A stretch of DNA of 64,000 bases, taken from assembly GCA_965644265.1 (NCBI GenBank), contig OZ286459.1:67332001-67396000 (forward strand). The letters are read 5' to 3'. The notes below the pieces were generated by a model, which worked only from the letters and a program-made list of their open reading frames with translations, made no database searches and was not told the DNA's origin. Shown here piece after piece: positions 25,886 to 37,505 of this stretch. The first letter of the stretch is position 1; each line of letters opens with the position of its first letter. The position numbers were made by a program, and so were the translations under genes. This DNA is from Glycera tridactyla (taxonomy: Eukaryota).

Positions 25886-26762
25886 CCCAAAAAAGACGGA
25901 GAATATTTTGATCGATAGTCAGAGGTGATGCAACAGTAAGAAATGTTTATAGTCCAATACATTTCCTTGTATCTAATTATCCTTGTGTATGAGGCAACAA
26001 TACCAGAATCTGATGACACATCCACTGCTGGTATCAAGACAGAATGTCAGATGGTGACATGAAAAATTATTGGTGAATTTTCAAATTTAGTCCATAGTCT
26101 ATATCCTGCATGGCATAGGTCATGGGCCATGTTTCGAAATTGTTTTGGGCCCATGCAGTCATGGTGAAAATAGTCACATGTAGTTGAAGACTGCTTGGTA
26201 CATACCCATTTATATTTGAAAAAAGCTGACTGGCCGGCCAGACAGACAGATAGACGGACATCCAGTCAGCCAGCCAGACTAGCCAGACAGACAGACATCA
26301 GCCAGCCAGACTAATGGATATCCAACCAGACTGACAGATTGGCAGATGGATGTATGGACGAATGGATGGACAAGTGGATTGGTGGATTGACAGACAGTTG
26401 GACAATCCTTAAGTGTAAACACAGGTGGGCAAACAACTCACATCCATTGAAGAAAGGGCTCCCACATCTCCAGAAAGAGGTGCTCACCAATTCAAGTACA
26501 AAAACTCGACAATAGGAGTATAACAGATAGTCGAGACGAATTATAGCGAAGCAGTGATGTGCTCATTCCTTTTTTATGGCTTCCAAATCAGGTAATTAAA
26601 ATGAGATAGACAATGAGACCATGCTCATTCTCCTTTCCTAGTGCATCTGAAACGGATAATGCACTGCAATAGCAATTCAGTGAAAATGACAATCATATAT
26701 GGCCAATAATTCATGGATATTCTCAAATACTAGAGTATTATGCGTGATAGAAAACTGCATCG

Positions 26763-26974
26763 ATAATAATAATAATAATAATGAACATTTATATAGTGCC
26801 TTCTCCTCATTGAGCTCAAGGGCGCTTTACATGGATATGCACCTGAAAGAAAAATACAAGTACAGGATCATGAAGTCAAGATGGTGGGAAAGCAATGTTG
26901 AACAAATATGTTTTAAGCCTGGTCTTGAATGTGTTGAAAGTAGGAGCAAGTTTGATGTCCAAGGGGAGTGAGTT
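26763..26974 (-). mobile_element. 3' end fragment of an L2-type LINE
   Basis: Minus strand reads NSLPLDIKLAPTFNTFKTRLKTYLFNIAFPPS* (typical ORF2 C-terminus), then TGTAAAGCGCCCTTGAG...AGGCACTATATAAATG and an (ATT)n tail, the characteristic L2 3' terminus. Confidence 0.8.
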
Positions 26975-27841
26975 ATCAAGTAATATATAAATGTTCATTA
27001 TTATTCTTGTTCTAACACATATGACGACCTCCCCATTTAAGGTAGTTTTTACTTACTGTATGTTTATATCTCATGTAATGGCATTTGATAAAATAGATAC
27101 CTCCTGCAATCAGTATGTATTATATTGGTGCAATACCTGTTCATATACAAGGCTGTTGATAGGGCTGATTTAACACAGCCATTTTGATGATCTCAGTGTA
27201 ATCACCCCCACATTTCCTCTCGTATTTCTGTCTGTAGGAGTAATCAAATATATGAGCTGAACTCTGAAATCTTCCACCGGGGCATTTTCTTGTTGTTTTA
27301 CCTGCTGACACTCACGTCTACACGCCCTTTTGCTTTGGATACTGAACTGCCTTCACCGATATCCTTCCCCCTCCCCTTCACCACTCCCTCACCAGAATCA
27401 TCTGTTTGCTGTTACTTCTACCCTCTACCCTTTTATCGTTACTGCTACCCTTCTATCAGCTTGAAAGCATTTCACTAAAGTGATATTATATCACAGATTA
27501 TCACGATGACTAGGCATCCCAATCTTGAGTACATGTCAATTTTGGAGAACTGAGCCCTCAATGATTGATCACAAACTCACTTGCAGATACCCTGATAGTA
27601 TATAGGGAAGAATCAGTCTGAAGAAAAATTGAGAGATGGATGTGTGTGATTTGAGTGCATGAATTACAGAGCTTATCAAGATGAATGTAGATTTGTCGAA
27701 AATCTAGATTCATGATATACACATTTCATGGTTTCGAGTGTCGAGTGATGCAGTATTTTTGGATGATTTACAATTTTTTTATTGGTGCCAATTGCACGAT
27801 CATCCTTTGTTCAAGGTCATTCTCTTATAATTCATGGAAAT

Positions 27842-28248
27842 TAGTGTTGGGAATCGGTTGCAAATTTACCATTGATGATTGGCTGGACTGAACCAACCGA
27901 TGATTGGTTGCAATCGGTTCGGCCATCCTGCATTCTATCAGTCACTGGGATGATTGGAGACTTGGTTTTGGTAATTCTTACTTGAGTGGAAGAAGAATGC
28001 AACACTTAGTTTCTGCACATTTGCCCATACTAGTGCACCCAATATAATTATTAAGTGATGAGCCTGAATGCAGCCAGTCACATTGTAATTTAGCAGAATA
28101 TCCAATTTTCTAGCATTTGCATGCATGAAGATTAATCTCATATATACCAAACCGATTGTAATCGATTGCAAGTTTTCCAACCAATCATCAGAATTGATAC
28201 TGATTCCAATCAATCATCGCTTATTTTCCAATCATCGGCCCAACACTA
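27842..28248. mobile_element. hAT-type MITE, 407 bp
   Basis: TIR TAGTGTTGGG/CCCAACACTA; perfect 8-bp TSD ATGGAAAT at 27834-27841 and 28249-28256; subterminal AATCGGTT/CCAATCATC repeats. Confidence 0.9.
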
Positions 28249-28875
28249 ATGGAAATCATTATGGATCTCAGAAAAGACCATTAGGCTTTCCTGTCGCAGG
28301 TAACAGTTGGTAATGTTTTGTAACATATTTTAACAGAAATCTAGTGCCCATTCTTTTATTGACACATTCAAACTAAAGAATATTTGGTAGTGGATTTGGA
28401 AAAGTTTCGTCTGTCTGCCAAACTGAACAGCGTGCTGGTGATACAGAAAAATTGTCCCATTCAGAATGAGTGTTGGACATTGAAGCACTAGGATATGCCT
28501 GGAATTACTATAAAACTTCAGTTGTTATAGACTGTGAGAAGATCGGATGAGCTCAAGTCACAGCTGCTCTTCACTTGCTGTGATTGAGATCACACAATCC
28601 AATGATGAAGCCTAACCCGACAAAAGTTAAACAGCAGGGAATCAATGTCAAACCTGATCAAATGAAAAGAATGGAATCTAGAACTTCTGAGAGAGTCGTG
28701 GAAGATTTCTTTGTTTTGAAAATTTTCTTCCAAAACAGAATTTACTATGTTGATATATGACTATTGGGCCAGTTTACATAAGCTCCTCTTTGCTGACTGT
28801 TCAATGCATTGAGTGCGGTACTCCCCACTTTGGAAAGATCACATAGCTTGGGGCACATGAAAATGTAACATTGTA

Positions 28876-29036
28876 CAGTCGAACCTGTCTATAAAGACCG
28901 CTTTCGGTCGCACCAAAAAGCGGTCTTTATAGGCAGGTGGTCTTTATAGAGAGGTCATTTTCTGTTGAAAATATTATCACGGTCACAGCTCAGGGTGGTC
29001 TTTATAGACAGGTGGTCTTTAGATCAGGTTTGACTG
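28876..29036 (+). mobile_element. MITE family A
   Basis: TA-flanked TIRs; high identity to 1249-1408; the empty site can be inferred from the paralog at 33.98 kb. Confidence 0.9.
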
Positions 29037-29559
29037 TATTTGGAATAGATAATGTTATTCAAATTCATGCATGAGGTGGTCACGTGATGGTGTTGGTTTC
29101 AGACTGTTGGACTTGTGGTGAGGAAGTTCTTTACATCCACCATTCCTGTCATCCACGAGTAGTGACCAGAGATACTAATCAGACTCGTATAACACCGGCT
29201 TTAACCGTTCGGAGTAATGCCAAAATTTTAATCATTACACGACCATAGTTTACAATTGTCAAGTCAGAACATAATGATACCGTTTTGATTCTCGAAACAA
29301 AGGGAATTCAACTTCATAGCTGTGTGTGTGTGTCAGCAATGCTATGGTTGTTAACCTGCCATCCCGGTATGTTTGGGTGCCTCAACCTGTACGGGAGGCT
29401 TGGCTTGTTGTTTCCTGTTTCCTTTTCTCTTCCTACCAATTGCCCTCTGAGGCTTTTCCCCTCCTGACCCTTCTTCCCATGCTGAGTATATTTCACATGA
29501 ATATTGAATATAATGGAACTTTTTTTCTCTGACTTCTGGTAACCCCTCAAGAGATGCTT

Positions 29560-30450
29560 AACGTTGATGTTTCCAACTTCTCGCCAATCAAAGTAAAGTT
29601 TCTGTTATTCTGTCATTCTGTGCAAAAGATCACCACAGATCACATAAGATGTTCATCCTCTGTAAATCATTTTTCATCTGATTTGCAGAATTGTTTACAG
29701 CAGAACCTATAAATGAGTCTGCAGATTATGATGAATCCATCATTCAAAGGTGGGAATATGCTATCTTCATGTTGATAATAAGCCTTGCCTACGAGGAGTT
29801 GATTAGGGTGAGAAGAAAGTTTGTAGCCAGAGAATCCTTGCACGAAGAGAAGCTCTCAATTAGCATCTCGTGGTAAGAGATACTATCCTGGAACAAGTTG
29901 ATTACAGGCAATTGGCTCGGCCAACTTCCCTGAATAAGTACAAATTACGCAATTTGTTTTTGGCTCACATTTCTTTCTGTTCGTATATTTTCAATTGCCT
30001 CGCAATGCTTGTTGAATGAATCGATTGATGAATGGCTACCACAAAAATGGTATTGTCTAACACTGATCTCACTGAAGAAAGTTAACTCGTGATAATGTTG
30101 AAGCGTTTCGAGGTGGATACTTTTTTTCCTGCTAGTGAGCTTTGAACGTTATCTTTTTTCCTGCCTGGCACTTTCTACCTGTAGTGTTCTGACCTTCAGT
30201 GAGTTCAGGATTGTGTAAAGGCTGGCACGGTTGTAGAGTGGGCATGAAGTAATGTTTCTAGTGAACCTTGCCATTTGTGATACAAGCGCTGAACTTCACT
30301 ATCAAACTGAAGTGTGTGGCTAAGTTTCTTGCGATGTCTTCTCAAGTATCGAGATTCACCTCCTTCTTTCATCACTTCCAGCAATCATGTTATCACTATG
30401 TTGCATGAGAAAAAACATCTTTTGTTGCTGATCCACACTGATTGGTCTTC
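29560..30450 (+). pseudogene. Highly decayed Penelope-like reverse transcriptase remnant
   Basis: Motif-like pieces in the expected order across frameshifts: SD..ELFTAEPINESADY (cf. DVxSLFTxVPxxETID), YRQ...NLFLAH (cf. YRQxxG...ANLFLxH), KRFEVDTF (cf. KRYVDDTF), LNFTI, LSFL.CLL, FITS. Spacings are longer than typical. Confidence 0.45.
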
Positions 30451-30596
30451 NNNNNNNNNNNNNNNNNNNNNNNNNNNNNNNNNNNNNNNNNNNNNNNNNN
30501 NNNNNNNNNNNNNNNNNNNNNNNNNNNNNNNNNNNNNNNNNNNNNNNNNNNNNNNNNNNNNNNNNNNNNNNNNNNNNNNNNNNNNNNNNNNNNNNN

Positions 30597-30638
30597 GTGT
30601 GCTGATGTGTGTGTTGGTGGACAGGGTTTATGTGTGGG

Positions 30639-30696
<58 letters not shown>

Positions 30697-30930
30697 TGTG
30701 GGGTGTGTGTGTGGGGGGGGTGTGGGTGGGAGTGTTTGGTGTGTGCTGATGTGTATGTGAGTGGATGGGGTTTATGTGTGGGTGTTTGTGTGCTGGTGTG
30801 TGTGTGTGTGGGGGGGGGGGGGGTTGGGGGGGGGGAGGGTGGGATGGTTTGTGTGTCTGTGTTTGTGGGTGTCTGTGGGTGGCTGGTTGAAAGGTTTTTT
30901 TTGTGTGTGTATGTGTGTGTGTATGTGAAA
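30597..30930. repeat. (GT)n-rich compound microsatellite
   Basis: Visible directly. Other simple repeats: (TA)n at about 6597 and 34610; (CTT)n 38020-38085; (GT)n/(GCGT)n 38735-38780, 44215-44375, 50799-50848, 58321-58388; (AAT)/(ATT)n 54165-54230 and 54460-54500; (CT)n 54548-54605. Confidence 0.95.
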
Positions 30931-31581
30931 GTGGCGTGAGGGTGATGTCTCAGTGATGTATTTGCATATTCCATTTACGCCTATACACACAGAGGAACGT
31001 TTCAGTAGACATAGAATCAATGAATATCTGGATATTCTGTCTTCACCTTCTTCTGGGCTCTGTCTTTGTGAAAGGAGCCTATATTGCCTTTTCTTTTCAT
31101 TCCAGTCCAGTTGGTCACCTTGACATACAAAATCACTTTACCATCCTTTTCTTTGAATATGGTATGCCACACAATACTATGTTCATTTTTCGTGAGACAC
31201 TTTCATCATTCCACTTGATGATGGATATTGTGGTCAGTGCATATTGTATATATATAGGGTTTTGTCCATCCCACTGACAAAAGGACACAGGAGATTGGAG
31301 TGGATGCCGCTGAAATGAAGCATGGCAATCTTGGGAGTTTGCCTAGTACTGGCATTACTATCAACTGAGACCTGCCACAATAGTTTATTCAACTTTTGTC
31401 GTGGACTATTTATCGGGATTTCACTTGCAAATATAAGAATCAGAATTATGTCAGGCGGATTCTTGCTTCAGTTGCAGTGTTAAGTGAAATCTGTGACGGG
31501 CAACTGCTCTGAATGTTAAAAAAAAGTGGTCCCTTGAAACAGGTGATCTCTTGCCAGAGGTAAAATTTCTTATACTGGATG

Positions 31582-31915
31582 GAAGAGCTGCCCTGAGAGG
31601 GCAACCTTCTATTGGAGGTAGTCTCTCATCAGTGATGGGAGGGGGTCTCCCCGAAGAGCTGCCCTGAGAAAGCAGTCTTCTAGTGGAGGTAGTCTCTCAT
31701 CAGTGATGGGAGGGGGTCTCCCCGAAGAGCTGCCCTGAGAAAGCAGTCTTCTAGTGGAGGTAGTCTCTCATCACTGGTGGGAGGGGGTCTCTCCGAAGAG
31801 CTGCCCTGAGAGAGCAGTCTTCTATCAGAGGTAGTCTCTCATCAGTGGTGGGAGGGGGTCTCTCCGAAGAGCTGCCCTGAGAAAGCAGTCTTCTATCGGA
31901 GGTTGTCTCTCGTCA
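31582..31915. repeat. 71-bp tandem, about 4.5 copies, inside a family-D MITE
   Basis: GTCTCTCATC at 31621, 31692 and onward; flanked by family-D sequence ending CACTG at 31925. Confidence 0.85.
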
Positions 31916-34411
31916 GTGTCCACTGTGTGTATGTGTCATTAAACTTACTGCCAGTTTTCTACCCACTAGTGGGGTTGTTATGTAGTGATCAAAGAAGCTT
32001 GCTGACGTTGAACTTGTGACTGTTGATTGTGATATAGAATGATGTTGGTCCCCAAAACAGAATCAAGAACATAATCTGCATTGTAAACAGGCCTAACATG
32101 GGATTTACAACCATTCCATATGGGAATTGTATATGTATCCCAAGTGATTATGAATTCTGTTGAAACTGATAACAGAATCATGTTTCCTCAAACTTTATGC
32201 CCTTCACAGTTACCAGAAGGACAGGAGCCATAATAAAAATGAGATCTTACTGAAAGCTATATAGTTCTCTGCATATCATGGGCTGAATTTTAGAAATTCA
32301 CCTACGAAGGATTTCAATCTTTCTTGGATTCAAAGGGATACCAATGTCTCCGGAATTAATCAGTGCTTTGTGCTCGAAATCTTTGTGAGAATGTCACTTC
32401 ACAAGGTGTCCCAGCTAAATAGGAGAAAATAATTTCAAAAATCTATCAAGAGACGGTAAAAAGTCAGAAAATTTCATTTGTTCTGATTTATGGCTGATAT
32501 GATCATACGTGTATAGCACATGTGAATACAGGTGAATCTGCAATGAGAAACCCCTTGACAAGAGACCACCTTTGACGGGAAACCACTTTTTCAGGGCAGG
32601 GTCTTTATTATAGACCACCTCTTTTGAGAGATCACTTTTTTGTGATATTTAGGCTGGTTTCTCGTCACTTTTTTCATTGTACTCAGTGAAAAATGTGTAC
32701 TCAAAACAGTTCCGTGTCTGACTCAGTGAGAAACCCCTTTGCACCCTGCCCCCAATTTCAATATGAGTGATTTGCTTTGGTTGTGATGCAATCTTCTGTG
32801 GTGAAGCAAGATTATGTTTCAGCAGGCTCCATTTGTAGCATGTTACCTCCCCTTGTGTTTCATAATGTAGATACTGGGCACCGGTGGAGGTCCCTATGCC
32901 AAGATCTTCTGAATGGGTGCTTCCAGCTTGATGCACGGATCAGTCATACTTGTCCTAAAGGCCCTCCTAGTCTGATTCACCTCATTGAGATGAAGGTCCA
33001 TACAAGAGTGTCAAAAATCGTAATTATTTAGAAGTCAGCTTTCTCATGATGTGAGCAACTGCCAAACCATTGACTACAAATCCCTGGTTGGAGGGAGATC
33101 AGGGGATGTAGCATGACTGTACTATCATATGACTGACTTATTAGTAGAGTATCATGGGAAGAGGTAGATTCTATCAGATATACAGTGAAACCTGTGACAA
33201 GAGACCACCCTGAATGTCACGAAATGTGGTCTTGTCGGAGATATATTCGACAGATAGAAATGCTGTAGTGCCCTGTGGTAGCAGTTTCCCATCAGAGGTG
33301 GTCTCTCATTGGGGTCTCTCTTCATAGGCTTCCCTTTATTGTGAAAGAACAGATGACTCAGGATTCTTTATGTAGTAAAGAAAATGTTTGCCTCTTTCCC
33401 AGCTCATTCAGCGGTCATAGTTTGATTGATTGTGTAAATGGGTGAGGGTTGAGTCATCAAAGCAAACATGATGATGATCTTGCTTGGTGAATCCATCTAA
33501 GAATGATGATCGAAATAGGGTACTTATTGACCCGTGGCATCTCATAAACATTCTTTATGAGGCACAGAATACTTCCTTGTGGCATTCTTGTGGAGTCACC
33601 TGTGTGACCCTGTAGCAAGTTTACGGGTAAATACAGGCCATAATTGCTTTGTTCACTTTGTCATCACATCATTCTGATGTTGAGAGCAGTCTTTTTTTCA
33701 ACGTCTCTACATAACTGCTGCTGCTTCTGCTGGTGTAGGCTGAGATGGGGATATGCTAATAGTAGTTGGGAGGACAGATCCGACCTTATTTTACCCCGAT
33801 GTACAAGTAGATTTATTGGAATCGGAGATGCGCAGCAGTTTGGGCAGGCTATTCTGGGGATTTCCAGCCTCTGCGGCCTGCACATTAAGAAAGGAGACAT
33901 GCAGCTCTATATTATGTGCCCATCTGGCACATTTGATACTCCCCACTTTGAAAAGATCACACAGTTTGGGGCACATGAAAATGGAACATGGTATTTGGTA
34001 ACTGCATGAAAGTGCCCAATTGTACCATTCATTTTCTGTAATTTGGAAATCCTTGTCATTCCATGCAAATTCATCTAGATCCAGTAATGAGATTGTCTCA
34101 TTCATTACAATGATACTGTCATGGTGCTGATTTGAAATAGAAACAATGAATAACGGCAGCATCCTCCCTGATAATGATATGCAAATGAGGAACTTTCTAT
34201 CATCATCAGACATGTTTTTGTCAGCTTCGCTTGACTGAGAGCTGCCATATTTTTAAAATATGAAAAAATGTCATGTACTAACTTATTTTCTGTGTGCTGG
34301 ATGGTCATAGGTATTTGTGAAGGTATGATAGAAAATTATTCAGGAAGGAATGCAAGCTTGGTGCAAGTAATTTCTCATCATAAACCCACCTTCATCAGGA
34401 TCTACCATATA

Positions 34412-34605
34412 CAGTAAAACCTGCTATAGTGTAATCCTGTCCACAGTGAAATCCTGTCTACAGTGAAATCCTGTCTACAGTGAAAAGAAAAATCTCGCCC
34501 GATCGTTTTTTATCTCACTATAATTGACCTGTATATAATGAAATCCTGTCTACAGTGAAAAGAAATATCTGGCCCGTGACTTTTCACTATAGGCAGGTTT
34601 TACCG
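34412..34605 (-). mobile_element. MITE family B, reverse copy
   Basis: TA|CAGTAAAACC...GGTTTTACCG|TA; repeated GTGAAATCCTGTCTACA motif. Confidence 0.85.
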
Positions 34606-34615
34606 TATTCATATA

Positions 34616-34670
<55 letters not shown>

Positions 34671-34671
34671 A

Positions 34672-34848
34672 CAGTAAAACCTAATTTAAGTGAAAAGTCA
34701 CGGGATCAAATTTTTCTTTCACTTAAGACAGGATTTTGCTTAGCGCAGGACAATTATAGTGAGAAAAAAACATCTGGGCAGTCCGTGGGGTATGTGCTTA
34801 TGACAGGATTTTGCCTAGCACAGGTTTACACTCAAGCAGGTTTCACTG
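34672..34848 (+). mobile_element. MITE family C, at the edge of a (TA)n tract
   Basis: Near-identical to 17257-17433; (TA)n at about 34610-34671 lies on its left. Confidence 0.9.
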
Positions 34849-34879
34849 TATATACATACAGTATATAGTGACCAAAAAA

Positions 34880-35170
34880 GAGATTGCTAGGATGAGAGTG
34901 CACGGAGGCTAAGCTGCTATGCTAGAGAGGTATAGCATCTATTGTTATTGGAGAGGTTAGATGTCTTGAGGATTATCCCAACTACATCAATGCCTGCCAG
35001 GATTATCAGATTACGGTGCTCTGCTCATATGGTGCTTTGCATGCAGGAGGGGCCCATTTCATCAGATATCCCTATATAGCTCAAAATCAGAGGAAGTACA
35101 GCCATTTGATGCCTGCTCCTCTAGCAGCCAGGGAAGCACAGCAAAATTGGGTGGTCTCACTCGACTTACC
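34880..35170 (+). pseudogene. Possible Gypsy/Ginger-type integrase zinc-finger remnant
   Basis: VHGG*AAMLER...YWRG...ED.NYINACQD(Y)Q resembles the HHCC domain; later PAPL...WVVSLDL resembles the start of the integrase core, although the spacing is long. Confidence 0.35.
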
Positions 35171-35422
35171 TATCCACTGACATATGAATCAATTTTTTCG
35201 CAGTGGAACTCAACTTCACTGCGGGAACATGCTTGAGATCCCAGGTTCAAATCGACAAGAAATTGGATGATTTCTGAAAATTTGATTTGTACATTTCAGT
35301 GGTGTATCATGAAACACAGTGTCAACAAAGAAGAAGGTCACTGAATCTGGTCAGTTTGAAGCACCAATAGATAGTACCAGATCAACATAATGCCAAATCT
35401 TAATTGCATTTCTGGTCATCAT

Positions 35423-37118
35423 CTGTATCAATGGGAAAAGCTCTGACATGGACATAGCTAATGAATTCAATGACATGTTCTGTACAATTGGTGCCAAATT
35501 GGCTGAGAAAATTCCAGAAACAAATGTTGATGAACTGCCTAGATTGGTATCCAATGGTAATCTTTTTGCTTTGAGTGTAACTACTGAATCATTAGTTCTG
35601 AAGCTTTTAAAGAATCTTAACATGGCCAAAGCCACTGGCCTGGATGGTATCAATACTAGATTTCTGAAGCATACTGCTGACCTAATAGTCCGGCCCATCA
35701 CACACGTTATCAACAGATCCATAATGGGGCACATTATACCAGCTGATTGGAAAACAGCCAAGGTTTCACCATTATACAAAGATGGGGACAGAAATGACCC
35801 AGGGAATTATAGGCCCATCTCTGTCATCCCCGTTTTAAGAAAAGTCCTTGAGAGGATAACTCATGATCAATTATATGATTTCTTTTTACTCTAATAATCT
35901 TTTTGATGCTAATCAGTCTAGTTTTCGTAAGGGGCACTCTACAATAACCTGTTGTGCAAATGTTCTCGATGATGTATATTGTGGTATTGATGACAAGAAT
36001 TTGACAGGTATGGTCTTTCTGGATTTTAAACAGGCGTTTGACACTGTCAGCCACTCGCTGTTGTGCGACAAGCTTGGTGATTATGGAGTGGTCGGCAGTG
36101 CAAACGCCTGGTTCAGGTCTTACCTGAGAGACAGGAAGCAGGTCACAAAATTCAAAGGATCCATCCCGTCTCCTCAGACAATATCTTATGGGGTGCCACA
36201 AGGATCGATCTTAGGCCCGCTCCTATTCATAATTTTTATAAATGATCTTCCCCAGGTGGTCAATAGATGTAAAATAGTGCTCTATGCAGACGACACGGCT
36301 ATTTATGCTCATGGTAGAAATGTTGAAGAAATTTGAGAGAATCTCCAGTCTGACATTGATACGATTAATATTTGGCTCTAAGCAAACAAATTGACTCTTA
36401 ATGTAAAAAAAAACCAATCTATGTTCTTCTCCACCGGAGCATTTAGAGGACCTAGGGACCTAGTACTCACAATGAATGGTGAATCTATCGAGTAGGTGAA
36501 TAGTATCAAGTATCTGGGCGTTGTGATTGATAGTTTTCTAACATTCAATGATCATATTGACCACCTGATATGAAAACAAAACGTAAACTCTGGGCGGTGA
36601 AGCAGATTAGGCCTTTTATTAATCAGAAGACAGCATTGATGTTATACAAGTCCCTTATTTTACCGCACATAGACTATGGTGATGTACTTTACATGTTTTC
36701 ATCTCTTAACAACCTAGATCGTGTACAAGTCTTGCAGAACACTGCATGTAGAAGTATATTATTAGAGAATCGTTATACCAGCACAATCTGCATGCATCAG
36801 GAACTAGGTCTCAGGCAGCTGACTGGTAGAATGATTTTTCATGTGGCAGTCTTGATGTTTAGGTTAAACAAAGGACAAATAGCTTACAAAACTTTGCAGG
36901 ATAAGTTTAACTTTCTAGATATGAGGCATGGTTTCCAGACTAGTGCAGTATCTAATCAGAATTATGTGATTCCAAGATGTAGAACAGTAATAGGAGCATA
37001 TAGACTTTCGTTCCAGGGAGCAAAACTTTGGAACAGCCTGCCCATGACAGTAAGAGATTGTAATAAAGTAGTCAGCTTTAAATATCATTACAGGAAAAGT
37101 ATTGGACACTACCCATAG
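35423..37118 (+). pseudogene. Disabled LINE ORF2 (reverse transcriptase and C-terminal region)
   Basis: Frameshift near 35885, in-frame stops near 36334, 36378 and 36493, and a second frameshift near 36570. Confidence 0.9.
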
Positions 37119-37505
37119 AATCCATGGAATCCATAGAATGTGAAGAGAATCTGATACAGAAATTTGTGTACGTTAGAGCAATCAGAGTACAGACATATCA
37201 CACCACCATATAAATTTTAGGGCTAGATTTGGAATGTCTCTCTGTCATGTAGAAAGAGTAGATAACAATAACCACCCTCCGAATGTATCACTTCAATAGA
37301 ATTTATTAGATCCTGCGTAGAATTTTTGCTTAACTGTGTCATATATTCCATACTTATAATGACATTCTGGTATATCTCAGTATAACAGGTTCCAGCAGCA
37401 AACAAGACCTTGGTCTGAATGCTTGTATCATTTATTTAGAGTTTACTTGTACAAAACACTGTCAACGCCTGTCTAAATAAAGATCTGTCTATTGTCTATT
37501 GTCTA
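35423..37505 (+). mobile_element. 5'-truncated non-LTR retrotransposon of the CR1/L2 group (CR1/Crack/Daphne-like)
   Basis: RT motifs in order across ORFs 35448-35894, 35863-36336 and 36570-37118: KATGLDGI, WKTAKVSPLYK..NYRPIS, FLDFKQAFDTVSH, GVPQGSILGPLLF, LYADDT, KYLGV, LYKSLILPHIDYG, LWNSLP. 3' UTR has AATAAA at 37476-37481 followed by a (GTCTATT)n tail at 37487-37505. No endonuclease or ORF1 visible. Confidence 0.95.

Noticed and set aside
30314-30974. Long ORFs spanning N-gaps or (GT)n/(CA)n tracts (also 2203-2646, 44144-44475, 50307-50921, 59010-59736)
   Set aside because: Artefacts of Ns and dinucleotide repeats, which lack stop codons.
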